The notes under the pieces: generated by a model | What the model saw: the letters and a program-made list of their open reading frames with translations, nothing else | Told to the model about the DNA's origin: nothing | The model's database searches: none | Position numbers and translations under genes: made by a program | Source of the DNA: Camelus dromedarius | Lineage: Eukaryota | Reading direction: 5' to 3' | Length of the DNA: 64,000 nucleotides | Assembly (NCBI RefSeq): GCF_036321535.1 | Contig: NC_087472.1 | Coordinates: 96,598,001 to 96,662,000 of the forward strand | Shown: piece after piece, positions 40,142-53,206 of the stretch | Position numbering within the stretch: position 1 is the stretch's first letter | How the letters are laid out: every line of letters starts with the position of its first letter

Positions 40142-40900
40142 ATGAATATGTGGCTTGTATCTTGAGGCTTCAAAAGTAGAGTGTTGCTTTTCACTGGGTC
40201 ATAAAAAAAACATAAAAATGATGAAGTTTGGCAGAGGATTTGTTCTTTTAACTTTTTCATTTACAAGGGGGCATTGTCTACATTGTGTTTCAAAGTAAAT
40301 ACATTTCACTGAAATGATGACACCCGTCTCATCTCTGATTGATAGTGGGTGTTTAACAACTTACAGTACTTTTCTACCCAGAGGAGCACACCACACTCTT
40401 TGTTTTACTCTTATCTCACTGGTTACTCCTTCTCGGTCTCCTTGACAGTTTTCTATCTTCTCCCAGATGACTCCCTAATGTTGGAGTGCCCCAGAGCTCA
40501 GCCCTTCCTCTACCTACACTCAGTCCCTTGGTAATTTCACAAACACCTCATGAATATGTGGCTTGCTTGTTGAGGCTTCTGAAGCAGAGGGTTATTTTTC
40601 ATTGGTTTGTAAGGAGCACAAAAATGATTCTTTTAAACTTTTGTTTTAATGTGTTCATTTTCAAGGGGGCACTGTCTACACTATACTTCAAGGTAAATAT
40701 ATTCAGTGTTAAAATGGCAACAACATTCACTGCAGCTTTTATTGACGGTGGATGTTCAGCAACTGACAGTACCTATCTCTCCAGCTTGTGATATACCACA
40801 CTCTAGTCTCCTAGCCCAGTGCCCTGGGTTTTCCTACCTTCGGCATGCCCAGGGCCCAGTCCTTGCACCTTCTCCTTCCTCCCCCATTCCCTTCAAACCT
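40142..40900. repeat. Diverged direct duplication, period ~405 bp
   Basis: ATGAATATGTGGCTTG at 40142 and 40550; AAGGGGGCA(T/C)TGTCTACA, CAACT(T/G)ACAGTAC and CCACACTCT recur colinearly in both copies. Confidence 0.75.
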
Positions 40901-41882
40901 GCTCCTCTTGAAGTCAGCAAATGACAATTCCATCCTTCCTTGAAACCTCTCTTTCCTTTATCCCTACATCCCGGAAATCCTGGTGGCTCTCCCTTCAAGA
41001 TTATTTGCAGAGTCTGGCCACTTCTGACCGTCTCCACTGTGGCCTCCATTCCACTCCATTGTTGGAATAGTCCATCTCTTTACCCATCTCCCTACTTCCA
41101 CACTTGTCCGCCTAATTCTTTTTTTTTAATAGCCCATTTTATTTTTGCGTGTGTCATCTTTCCAATGCTTTTTTCCCCCTATTCAGTTTTATTGAGAGGT
41201 AACTGACATACAGCACTGTACAAGTTTAAGGTGTAAAGCATAATGACTTGACTTACAAATAATGTGAAACAGTCATCACAATAAGTCTAGTTAGCATCTA
41301 ACATCTCATACAGATACAAAGAAATAAAAAAGAAAAAAATGGGGTTTTTTTCCCTGTGATGAGAACCTTTAGGATCTACTGTCTCAGCAGCTTTCAAATA
41401 TACCATAGACCACTGTTAACTAGAGTTGTCATGTTGTATATTACATTATGCCCAAATTTTATTTTTTACACAGCAGCATGAGTGTTAATCATAATGCTCC
41501 TCTTCTCAAAACACTCCAATGGTTTCCGATTCCTCAAAGGCCAAAGAGCTTACAATGGCCTACAAGGCTTTACACAGTCTGGTTCCTCATTTTCTTCAAG
41601 TCAAGGCTAAAATGACTACTCAATCATCCAAGTTAAAATTGGAACACCTCTCCCCCTTGACACTCCTAATCTCTTTATCCTGCTCTATTATTTCCCATAG
41701 TACTAGTCTCATTCTAAGAGGCTGTATAATTTGCTTGTTTATTTTAATTGCCTGACTTATGTAGGGTAAAATAAGGCAAGGATTTTTATATGTTTTGCTC
41801 ATTACTGGGAGATCCCCAGTGCTTAGACCAGGACTTGGCACACAGTAGGCACTCATTAATATTTATGGCATGAATAAGTGAA
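40900..41882 (+). mobile_element. L2 fragments including the 3' end, interrupted by an L1 3' tip (~41180-41445, - strand)
   Basis: CTTACAATGGCCTACAAGGC; TTGGCACACAGTAGGCACTCATTAATATTTATGGCATGAAT. Confidence 0.7.
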
Positions 41883-44800
41883 CTAGCATAGTAGATTACA
41901 AGTGAACAATTTATGGAATTAAGTAGGAGTAAAAGATGCAACAGTGTGAATATCGTTTAATATGTTCATCAGTATAACATAATACAGTGGAAAGAGCACG
42001 GGTAAGAGGCAACATGGGAGGGGAGAAGCCCTACTGCCACGGTCTCAACTTGGCAGCATTCCTGATTTTTGCTTCTTTTCCCTCTCCCCTTCGTGTTCTA
42101 CTGTAACCCTATTAAGTGTTCAGCGGTTCTCCAAATAAAGGTGCCTTGCTGCCTCTTCCAGGCCTCGAATGTACTGCCCTGTGGGTATCCTTTACTTTCT
42201 TCCTTTTTCCCTTTAGGTTGAACCTAGGGATCGCCGCCTCCGAGAAGCCTTGCTTGACCCACTGAAGCCCAGATTACATCCCCCGCCTCTGAGCTTGCTC
42301 ACATCGCACCCCATGTTGTCTAAGCTGGTCACTATATTTTGGGGACTCCAAAACCAAACCTGAATGTACGCTTGTGGGCTGGCCACAGGTGCTAAACAGT
42401 TACTCTAACAGCTGCCAGCAGAGAATTGTGTGCTAGGGCTTTAAGGATGGAAGTGAATATGAAGAAGATTTGGACTCCTGGAAGAATCACATTGTTTAGT
42501 CCTCTTGACCATATAGATATAAGTTATCACTTCATTTTCTGTGAGGTAGCTCCCCACAGTGGTGAAATAACACAAATGTAAATAGTTCAGATGTACTCTG
42601 TGTCATGGGGGGGAGTGCCCTTGAAGGGCTTTTGTTTGTTTTTGTGCCCAAATCCCTTTTGTATTTTCAGGGATTTGGTATTCTTCCACCTGGGCCAAGG
42701 GCATGGGTTTGGGGGCTCATGAGATTGGAGAAGAGAGATGAGAGAAATATCTGATATGCTTAAGAACGGGTTCCCACCAAATACTACAGATCTGACTTAG
42801 AGAATACCAGAGAGAACATCCCTTTGTAAAGATCTCTAGAAGCCATGACCTGCTGAAAGAGACTGAAGTTTCCTGCGATAACTTTAGGCTTCTGCTTTGC
42901 TAAGGAAGTGGAGGGAGAATTAAGTTTGTGAGTCAGGAGTGCAGAGAGAGAGAGTTGGAGAGATGTGGAGAGATGGTGACAAACCAGAAGGCCAGAGGTA
43001 ATAGGAGAGAAGCTAAGAAGGGCCATTCCAAGTGACAGGTGACCAGTGATGACCAAGATGTGTGAACATTAGCCAGGAATCCTCCAACGTGCATGAAGAC
43101 ACCAATTTCCTATTAGTCATGCAACACAAAGGCTCCAGTTATTCTATTTGGCTGTTTAAACAACAAACTTGAAAGGCTGGGAAATTCAGGGATCCTCAGA
43201 TTGCATTTTGGAGGCTTCATCTGGGATAGGGATCAGGAAGAAGTCTGCACTGATTTGGGGGATAGCGGTAGACCCTGAGGAACTGAGACGGACTGGACCC
43301 CACAAGATGCCTTTTACAACCCTGAAGAGTTACAGAGAGCTTGGCAGAAGTTTTCAAGAAGAAGGAAAATGCATATGCACCTTTTTTACAGTTTGCTAAG
43401 GGTATACGCTTTGATTCCCAGAGATTGGGGTGGAGGCTAGTTACATTAAAGTGATTACCAAGATAATTACCACAGACTCTGGATTTCTGAAAAGCCTCAA
43501 CTTGTTTTTAAAAGAAGAGGAAGGACTAACACAACATTGTATATCAACTATATTTCAATAAAAAGAAAAAGGAGGAAGGGGAGAGGGTATCCAGTCTCCT
43601 AAATCCTCAGAACCCCTAGGTAGGGACTTCCTTCTAGCTCCACTACCACTCCCAGTCCCAAACGTCCAGCATACCTCCCGTCTTCTCGGACTGCGAGATA
43701 CCGGCTTTGAGGACTGTATTCGCAAATATTTAACCTAGATGGCTAGGAAAAGACAGCTTCCATTTGCCACATGGGGCTCTACCAATGTGAAAAGATGCCC
43801 TCAAGGTATTTAGGAGCTGCCATTACTTTCCAGTAATTGGAGAGAAATGTAATTGAAGCCAGGAATTACCTGGAGGAGTTAGTTTATTTAAATCATGTGG
43901 TTTTACTTTGCTTGGACTTGGAGAAGCAGAATACTTCTTACTATACTAGACTCTTCTATAAAACTATTTTTAAAAAATGCTAGTGAAAGAGGCATCGATG
44001 ATTACGAGAACTTTTTTTTCAGGAGTGGCTTCTACATAGTAAATACATAGATTGGTGGAAAGACAAGGCCCAGTTCCAGAAACCGTATATATGTAAGTAT
44101 ATATGTACACCGAATATACATACACAAACACATTTTGGACTTTATGAAATGTGCTGTCATAAAGGAGTGTCCTGATCACAATGGCTCATGACATCACTGT
44201 AGGTATACATACACCTGCTACTTAGAACACAGACAGTTCAGTTCCGGCTTGAACAAGGAACAGAAGCAGCTGGGCAGGTCAGTGCCACTTTATGTAATAT
44301 ACAGTACAGTTCAAAATGTATGTGTTAGCTAATAGACGAAAATAAAAATCCAGAGCTTTTAGATGTTCAGAAATAATGTATGAAAACTCAAAATGTTCAA
44401 CGCTGAACGAACACTGTTTTAAAAGTATTTTATGGCTTATAGTTTTTAAAAGCTTATGTTATAGTTTAAATCTGAAAGGGGAAGCGTATTTTCCTATTTT
44501 CAAAAGATTAAGGTGATTCTCTATTTTTTTTTCCCACGAAGTAGTCTAATTCAGCAAAACGGTACACCGTGTGTGCTATTTTGGCCTCTTGGGAAACATG
44601 ACATGTTCAAGTTTGCTAGAAAGAGCTAATGATCACTTTTTGCCACACATCTCACTTTTTAAGTTCTTCGGGCTACTGGTCTAGAGAGAAAATGGCGGCG
44701 GGGGATGGGGGTAGGAGAAATTTCTTAGCTTAGGATCAAAAAAGGGCAATGAATGACTTAATTTAAAGTTAGTTGTAGAACCATCGGCCTCCAAATGTGT

Positions 44801-45299
44801 ATTTCTATCATTTACACTTTTCCCACAAAGAGATTTCACAACAATAAATTCACAAAACAGTCCTACAGTGTAGTTTTAAATTCTTAAACCAAGAAAAAGC
44901 GGTATGTAGAAAGCGTAGCTAGAATTCTAGAGCCAATTTGTTAAAACGAACAATCACCCAAAAAAATCACTGCCCTCTGAATGTTCGTTCTTGCCATCTC
45001 ATTTTGACGCAAATAGAAACTGAACAGCGTTTTTAGATCCGGCATTTCTGTGTGGTGCAGACATGCCGTTTTCTATGAATTTTATCACCTCTGGGAAACG
45101 TATTCCTGAAACGTGTAATTGTTCAACACGCCAAATGGATCTATGACGCAATAATCCCCTGCAAGTTGCCTTTAAAAAATGATGTCATTCAGCGCAGATG
45201 TAGTCACTTTTATAACACAGGTAGATATGGTAAATCCCCCACCCCCACCGTGTGCAAGATGCAAAAAGACGTTTTCGGGTTTCCTAACCCTCAACTTGT

Positions 45300-46520
45300 C
45301 GAGGGTGAGCACACCGCAGTGGCTCGAGCCCACCGTTCGTGGAAGAGAAGAGGGACCGCTGCGAGGGGACCAGCGGAGCCCAGCATTCCCAGCCCCGACG
45401 GCGACGCCGCGGGGGAAACTGCGTCCCGCCGGGCCCGCCGCCGAAGCGTGGGGCCGCCTCCTTCCCTCGGTGAGGCCCGTTGGCGTGGCCGGCAGAACGT
45501 GGGGCCCCGCGGGCGTGGGACAGCCCTACCCCCACCCCGCTCCCACACCCGCTCCCGCTCCCGCGGCGCCGGAAGTGACGCGCGCTGGCTGAAAGATGGC
45601 GGCATTGGCGCTCGACCAGGGGGAAGGTAAACACCCTCCGGGCCGCGGCCCGCGCGCGGGCCCCCTCGAGGCGCCGGTGGGGGCTGAAGGCGCCTCTCGG
45701 CCTGCGTTCCAGCCCTCGGCTTTTCACCCTTCGACCTCCCTACCCGCGTGGCAAGCTTCCGCGTTGCGACGACGGCGCACGGAGCCCCCTGCCGGCGGGC
45801 CCCGCCTCCCTGGGCGGGCCCCGGGCGGCTCCCGCGGCCCACAGGGGGCGCGCGGCCCGGAGCGGCCCCTGGCTCGTGGCCCCGCACGCTCCGCCCCTTG
45901 CCCGCCCCTTTCCCGCCTTCCTCCACCCCCGGCGTGGGTGATCCTGAGGCTCCGCGCGCTTCGGGGCAGAAGCCCGGAGACGCCGTCGTCGACGCCGCCA
46001 CCGCCGGCGCTTCTGCCGCTGCCCGCGGCCCCCCAGTCCCTCTCTCCGCCCGAGGCCCGGAGTCGGCCCACTCGCCGAGCCCCGCCGGGCGCTGCGAAGC
46101 CCCTGGCGTTGGCAAGGCCGGGCCCGACCCCGACGCCGCGCCGCCTCGCGCCGAGCCCGACTGTCTCGACTCGCGACTCAGCGCTGTCTTCTTTCCCAGG
46201 AGTGGTTTCGAGGGGGCCGCAGGCGCGCAGACTCGCCCCCCGCCGGAGCGCCCCGGCCCGGCCCGGGAGCGGCCCCTTGTAGACGTTCGAGGAGCCTGCC
46301 GAGTGCCGTCCCGGCGCCCGACCGCCCACCGCCCGGCCCGCCGGCCCGCTTCTTCCTGATGCAGACTGCCGTCCACTAGAGGCTGGACAGACCCCCGAGG
46401 TGCGTAGCCGCCCCTGGCCCTCAGGCCTGCGGGAGCCCGGGCTTCGTGCGCGGCCCCGCGCTAGGCACGGATTCGGTAGCCCCTTCTGCACCGACCCGAG
46501 TCACACATTGGGTAGACGCC
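45300..46520. promoter_or_regulatory. CpG-island promoter of KLHL15
   Basis: Very GC/CpG-rich; ETS/GABP CCGGAAGTG at 45569-45577, half-CRE TGACG at 45576-45580, YY1 AAGATGGCGGC at 45593-45603. Confidence 0.9.
45575..45626 (+). other. KLHL15: Inferred KLHL15 non-coding exon 1 (5' end approximate)
   Basis: Donor GAAG|GTAAAC at 45626/45627 immediately downstream of the ETS/YY1 core promoter. Confidence 0.7.
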
Positions 46521-47802
46521 GGGATCTAATTTGTCTTTGAGTTTACTTAAATTGTTCGAAATTTAATTTTTTTTAAGGAGAGAAAAAAAAAAAAGGAAGA
46601 AGCATAATTCAGCCATTTTTTGCAGCACACAGCTGCAGGTACTATGATTATTTTCTCCCTAACCCGTCCCTTGCCTTTAAAAATTCCATTTATGCCTGAA
46701 ATAGAACTATGCGAAATGCGAAGGATAAAACGCGGAATCAGAAGGTCTGGGTTCGACTGGGTGACTGTGAGAAAATCGCTTACCGAACCTCGGTTTCTTA
46801 TCTATGAAATCGAGTCAGTAATAGCCACATCACAGCATAGTGAGGACTATATGAGGTCATATATGTGAAAATAATCTATAGCTGTAAAGTGTTGTAAAAA
46901 TGAAAGGCGATTTTTGAAGTAACCTTTGCCAGAGTGGTTAATGTTGTAGTGGCTAACTGTTGCTGCCTCTTTATTTCTATATTATAAGTATAACCAATAA
47001 GTGTGGAATAGCCAAGCAGTGCTGTGAATCGACTAGATATATAATCGTCACGTTGCTTGGCCTTCTTCCTACGAAATGCTAACTGCTTATTTAAATAACG
47101 GTATTTTTTAATTCAAATTTAACGTTACTGTAGTGCTTTGCTTTTCAATTTTCTAGGCCGCTTATACTCTTTTCTTACTCGGAATATTAAACACCTTATG
47201 TTTGTTAAGTCTTTTAATATTTTTCGAATTTACATTTTCTTTTGTTGATATGATTAAATTGTAATTTTGAAAATGCTTTTAAGATTCATATCCTCATTTG
47301 AATGCCTGTTTTTCATATCTAGGGAACAAGATGCCTGAATATCTCTACTAATTGGAAAATTGTTTTTGAAAGCTTATAAATGCATTTAGATTGCTGTAAT
47401 TCTTAATAGATCTGGAAATGTAAAGAAAATTTCAACTTTTTGACACTTAAAGTAGTATTTATGTAATTTAATTCTTTTTTAATCATCACAACACTTAGTA
47501 GGTGCTTAGGACCAGTTTTTAAGTGGTAAAGGATGTTCATTTGCACTTTTTAATTGATGATTAACTTGGGGGGAATAATACGATATATAAACCATAAGTA
47601 TTTGTGGTTTGAAAATTGGGCTTATTTGTCAGAATTTATAATATGTATGTGTAACAGATCAGTATGGAATCGTTCTAATTCAGCACACAAAAATGCCGTA
47701 TGGTTTGGCTTTTAAAAATAGCCCACAAAAAGTGAAAGAGAAGCTTTTCTTTAGTATATTGTTATTTATACCTAACAAATGGTTTTCTGAGGTTTTTTTC
47801 AG

Positions 47803-48009
47803 ATGCTTTTTAAAATTTATCATCCAATACCGGTTGTCTCTCAGAATATGCCTTTGTGTTTTGTCAAAAGGCAGAGTAATATAAGGCGAGAGTGATTAAA
47901 TTAGCAAAAGGAAGAGCTGACTTTAATGTGCTAGCTTTTATACATTGGACTTATCACTTGTCCTGAAGATAAAATTTTAGCAGATCAGTGCTTTATTGGG
48001 AATTTCAAG
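47803..48009 (+). other. KLHL15: Inferred KLHL15 non-coding exon 2
   Basis: Branch-like CTAAC 47772-47776, acceptor TTTTTTTCAG|, donor CAAG|GTTTGA; non-repetitive sequence; consistent with my recollection that human KLHL15 has two 5' UTR exons. Confidence 0.6.
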
Positions 48010-48060
48010 GTTTGATCTCTCTGCCTTGATTTGGGTTATCTGGGGCTAAAATCTTGGAAC

Positions 48061-48370
48061 CAGGGCTGGCATGGCTTCATGGGTGTTCAGAAGGGCCTCA
48101 AACTTGGTTTAATAATCTGCGCTTAATAGTGGCATTGTACAATATGAAGATAAATGGTAAAATTCATGCTAATAATTTAAATTTTTAATTTTTCTTAGAA
48201 TGCATTAAACAGCAAATAAAAAACATCACGACAAGTCGAGAGAGAGACCTCAGAAGAAAGGAGCAAGCTTTATATTTTAGTACCTTTAATGTCACTTTTT
48301 TCCTGCTTTTGAACAAGGGACTCCACATTTTCGTTTTGCCCTGGGTCTCGAAAACTATGTAGCTCACCTG
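48061..48370. mobile_element. MER45-like hAT-Tip100 element
   Basis: CAGGGCTGGC..CTTCATGGG..CAGAAGGGCC..TTGGTTTAAT start; TTTTTGAACAAGGGACTCCACATTTTCGTTTTGCCCTGGG..TATGTAGC end. Confidence 0.65.
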
Positions 48371-48564
48371 TCGTCAAACTTGCCCTTTCCCATTCATCGT
48401 AAATGTTTTGAGAGTGAATAACATTAACTGTGAGGGGAATGAATCTGTAGCTTATGAGAGGTTGGATTAATTTATTAGAATATATATTTTCTCTGAATTG
48501 GAATGCTATAGCTGGTACAGGGTTTTTTTCCTGAAGAGGAAGGAAAGGCAGTTATTGCTGAAGC

Positions 48565-49145
48565 ATTGTAGGATACTGGTTAAACTCTGAACTCAGGCTG
48601 ACCCAACTCCACCACTTCTTGAGAATCATAGCCTTGGGCAAGTTACTTAACCTCTGTGAGCTTTGATTTTTCTCATCTCTAAATCAGGTATGATTACAGA
48701 ACATGGAGGGCTTGAGGGTTAAATTTACCTATTCATCCCACAAATACTTACTAAGCACTTATTATGTGCCAAGCACCGTTCCTAGAAAATTTCCAGGTAC
48801 AAGAGTCAATGAAACAAAACAAAAAGAAAGAAAAGAAACAGAACAACAAACAAACTAAGGAAAACAGCCTATATCTCCTGTTAGGAAACAGGAAAGGGGA
48901 GAATATTCTGTTTGATGGAGTAGGTTGGGGGTTTTTGATTTTAAAAAGGGGGTTTGGGGAAGGCCTCACAGAGATATGACCCAGGAGTAAAGACCCGAAT
49001 AGAGCCATGTATATCGGGATTAGTGATGCAAGCTGAGGGAATGGCAACTGCAGAGACCTTAAGGTGGGTGGGAGGCTGCTTTTCAAGAAAGGGCAAAGAG
49101 GCCAGTGTATCTGGGACAGGGTGAATAAAGGGGAGGAATTAGGAG
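48565..49145. mobile_element. MIR (+) followed by L2 3' fragment (-)
   Basis: CCTTGGGCAAGTTACTTAACCTCTGTGAGC (MIR core); CAAATACTTACTAAGCACTTATTATGTGCCAAGCAC (L2). Confidence 0.7.
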
Positions 49146-50671
49146 ATAATTATTGCTGTTTTAGGAATCGTTGGAGGGACTCTCATAGTTCATCTTTGCC
49201 ATGGGTATATGTTATACTGCTGCTGGTCCAAAAGTGGAAGGCCTTTTCAGAATTAGAAATTTTAACTTTGGAATAAAGAAACTAGAAAAGGCAAGATATT
49301 TTTTTCCCAGTTTTTCTGTTTTTAATGTAAAACCTTTAAAACTCATCTGGCTGAATCATGGAAGCAAATAAAAACAGAAGATTTATTCTTTGTCTCTAAT
49401 AAGATCATTGGATTTAGTTAACAATTCTGCATCATTTTAAGATTTGCAGGAAATCTGCATCGTAACATCATGACCTTCCAAAAGGTTTAGTTTAGTTGTA
49501 TATTTCTTGTGTAGAACTAAAATGTTAACATTATAGTATTGATGATTTCATGATAGGATGTAACTTAGAATATTTGGGGTTTTATTCCCCAATAGAGGCT
49601 TTTCCTAGAATTCTCACTGGATCCAATCTCTAAAGACTAGGGAAGCTGTTTTCCATGACATCACTCTTGGACTACTTTACTTGTAGTGAGGAATAAGCAT
49701 TAAATTAAAGTCTTCTGATGAAAAAATAGTGTTGAAACAGGAGTTTTTCGTTTTTTCTTAAAAGGTTTCTTGTATTGTAGGATGACTAAATGCTAAACAT
49801 ACCTGAAAAGTGAAGTAAGGATCCAGATCCTTCCTAAAAGCTTAGTTACATGGTCATTTGCAATTTGGTACTGAGTTATAAAAACATTTTGATGGATAAG
49901 AAAGAATTTCCAGTAATAAACAGATTAAACTTATGCAGCCTTTCCTCCCATATTAGACGGAGTTGTTTCTCATTTGAGTAGTGTGTCTGAGGGTAAAATG
50001 ACTGCTAATAGAGCTAATAAAGTTAGTCTGTTTTTGAATTTTTCTTTCCTTTTAGATTGAGAAGTTGGACACTTTGAGGTTGTTGAATAAAAAATTTTAT
50101 AGGTTACAGAAATTGTGAGAAATTTTATGACTCAGAAATTAATTCTATTTTTATCGACAGTATACCTTGCAGTTTCTTTTTAGTATGCAAGTATGGCATT
50201 TTCTGCATAGGCACGAACATTGGTAGGCTAACAGTTTGAGGATACTGGTAGTATGAAATAATTTAAATTTTTCATTGGAAATAAGGATATCAACCTCTGA
50301 GAATCTAGCTTTTGTACTGAATAGAGTTCTGAATGAATTTTCAAGCAGCTATGGGAGGAATGTAAAAACATTAAATTATTGCTTATGGCATAAACATGGA
50401 GGTTGGTTAATTTTGAAACATCTTCTACTTAATTGCCTAGAATTTTGCCTTCCAATCAGAATGACAGCCTTCTAACTGAAAAGGAAGCATTTAATTTCTT
50501 TCTCTCTAATTTCCTGACCAATTTTACCCCCACCAGACTTCTTTCTTTACTGGTCACTAGAGAGTTTGAACTGTTAGAAATTTCTGTGATATAAATAGCA
50601 ATAATAGTCTTCCAAGGGAGAGGTAGGAAGAGATTGTGTATGTATGTGTTGTCATTTATCTCTTGTACCAT

Positions 50672-51162
50672 CAGTGATACTCAAACCTTTTGGTCTCAGA
50701 ACCTCATTATACTCTTAAAAATTGGGCTCTCAAAGAGCGTTTGTTTATGTGGGTTGTACCTATTTATATTGACCATATTAGAATTCAAAACTGGGAAGTT
50801 TAGAAAATACTTGCAATTCATTCTAAAAAGCCATTACATGTTAATCTAACTAATAGCATTTTTTAATGAAAAAATAACTATTTTCCAAAACAAAACTTGG
50901 TGAGATGAGTGGCATCGTTTTACATTTCTTGCAAATCTCTTTAATGTCTGGCTTAATAAAAGACAATGGGCTTTTTATCGGCTTCTGCATTCAGTCTGTT
51001 ACAATATCACATGTAGTCTCTGGAAAACACTGAGAGAATGAAAGTAAAAAAGACAAAAATCATTTTTAAAATTATTATTATGAAAATTGTTTTGACCTCA
51101 CGAAGTCCTCTTAGGGGATCAGGGCCCCAGTTGTCCCTGGACCATACTTTGAGAGTCGCTCT
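50672..51162. mobile_element. hAT-Charlie DNA transposon relic
   Basis: Termini CAGTGATACTCAAAC ... ACCATACTTTGAGAGTCGCT. Confidence 0.6.
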
Positions 51163-51855
51163 ACCAGTCATTTCTTATGCAGAGAAAATGTGAGGCTTTC
51201 TTTTTTTCATTAGTCATTGCCAAGTTTATGGAACAGAACAAACTCCAGTATTTCTTTCCTACTAGTATAAGTATGCCTTGTCATTTAGTTTAATTTAAGT
51301 TGGTTCCCCTTTTGAAAAAACCTACCATTTGAAATTCTGAAGGCTAAGTATAGAATGCAGAAGTGTAGAAGCCAAGGGTATAATGGTTTATAAACCATGA
51401 TTTCTCTTAATCTGATGATCTGTTTTGAAAAGTGAGGAGACAAAATTTTTTACATTGAGCATTTTGTATATCAGTAAATATCTTTTCTCAAAGTCCCTTA
51501 AGGGATTTTTTTCCCCCAGCTGTCATTGATTTATAGAATTCTTATTTAATTTTGCTTACTTTTACAGTGATTAGTTCTTATAATTATTTGTCCCTTAAAT
51601 TGTTACAATTCTTTATCTTATGCATAAGATTTTATTTTTCTTTTTGTATTCTTCATATACTTACCCTTTTCTAGTTATTTTATTTGCTTATATGTGTGCT
51701 TTTGTGCTGTTTTTGTTTTATTTTAATCTAAGCCTCACTTTTTTTTTCTTTTCTTTATAGCTTCCAGGGTATTGATTGTGAACAAGTTGGTTTTGTTTCA
51801 CATGTTCATTTGTAAGTTTGCTTGTTTGATGCCTCGAACATTGATGTTATAGATC

Positions 51856-53206
51856 CGTGCTGTCCAATAGAATATAATGCAAGCCACCTATGTAATTTAA
51901 AATTTTCTCATAGCCACAGTTTAAAAAGTAAAAAACAGGTGAGATTAGTTTTAATGTTTTATTTAAGTCACTGTATCCAAAATATTATTTCAACATGTAG
52001 TCAGTATTAAAGTTAGTATAATGACAAACAGCTCATACAACTCAATAACAAAAAAAAAAAAACAACCCAGTCAAAAAATGAGCAGAAGACCTAAATAGGC
52101 ATTTCTCCAAAGAAGACATACAGATGACCAACAGGCACATGAGAAGATGCTCAGTATCTCTAATTATCAGAGCAATGCAAATCAAAACTGCAGTGAAGTA
52201 TCACCTTACACCAGTCATAATGGCCATCATTAAAAAGTCCACAAATGATAAATTGCTGGAGAGGGTGTGGAGAAAAGGGAACCCTCCCACACACTGTTGG
52301 TGGGAATGTAATTTGGTGCAGCCCGTATGGAAACAGTATGGACATTCCTTAAAAAACTAAAAATAGAGTTATCATATGATACAGCAATCCCATTCCTCAG
52401 CATATATCCAGAGAAAACTACAATTCGAAAAGATACATGCACCCGTGTTCATAGCGGCACTATTTACAATCGCCAAGACATGGAAGCAACCTAAATGTCC
52501 ATTGACAGATGACTGGATAAAAAAGTATGTGTGTATATATGTGTGTGTGTGTGTACATACATACACATACATATGCAATGGAATATTGCTCAGCCATAAA
52601 AAATAATGAAATAATGCCATTTGCAGCAACATGGATGGACCTAGAGATTATCATACTAAGTGAAGTAAGTCAGACAGAAAGATAAATATCATATGATATC
52701 ACTTACGTGTGGAATCTAAAAAATGATGCAGATTAACTTATTTACAAAACAGAAGTGGACTCATAGACATAGAAAACAAATCTATGGTTACTAAAGGGGG
52801 AAGGGAGGGAGGAATAAATTAGGAGTTTGGGATTAGCAGATATAAACTTCTATATATAAAATAGATAAACAGTCAGGTCCTACTATATAACACAAGGAAC
52901 TATATTCAATATCTTGTAATAACCTACAATTAGAAAGAATAAAAAAGAATATGTATAAACTGAATCACTGTGCTATATAGCAGAAACTAACACATTGTAA
53001 ATCAACTATACTTCAATAAAAAAAAAACCTTGGAAGCAACAGCAGCAATAACAAATTGGTATAATGAGATACTTTAACTTTTTTTTGTACTAAATTTTCA
53101 AAATTTGGTGTTTATCTTACATGTAGAGCACATCTCAACTTGGTCTAGCCACATTTCAAGTGTTCAAAAGCCCCGTGGATGGTGGCTTCCATATTGAACA
53201 GCACAG
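51856..53206. mobile_element. MER33-like hAT element split by an L1 3' fragment (~52025-53030, + strand)
   Basis: TIRs GTGCTGTCCAATA / TATTGAACAGCAC; L1 ORF2 peptide [22 protein letters not shown]; near-TSD TT(A/G)GTATAATGA on both sides of the L1. Confidence 0.8.

Noticed and set aside
45166..46491. Long ORFs (137-361 aa) on both strands in the KLHL15 CpG island
   Set aside because: Low-complexity Pro/Ala/Arg/Gly translations open in many frames, as expected from stop-codon scarcity in very GC-rich DNA; no recognisable domain
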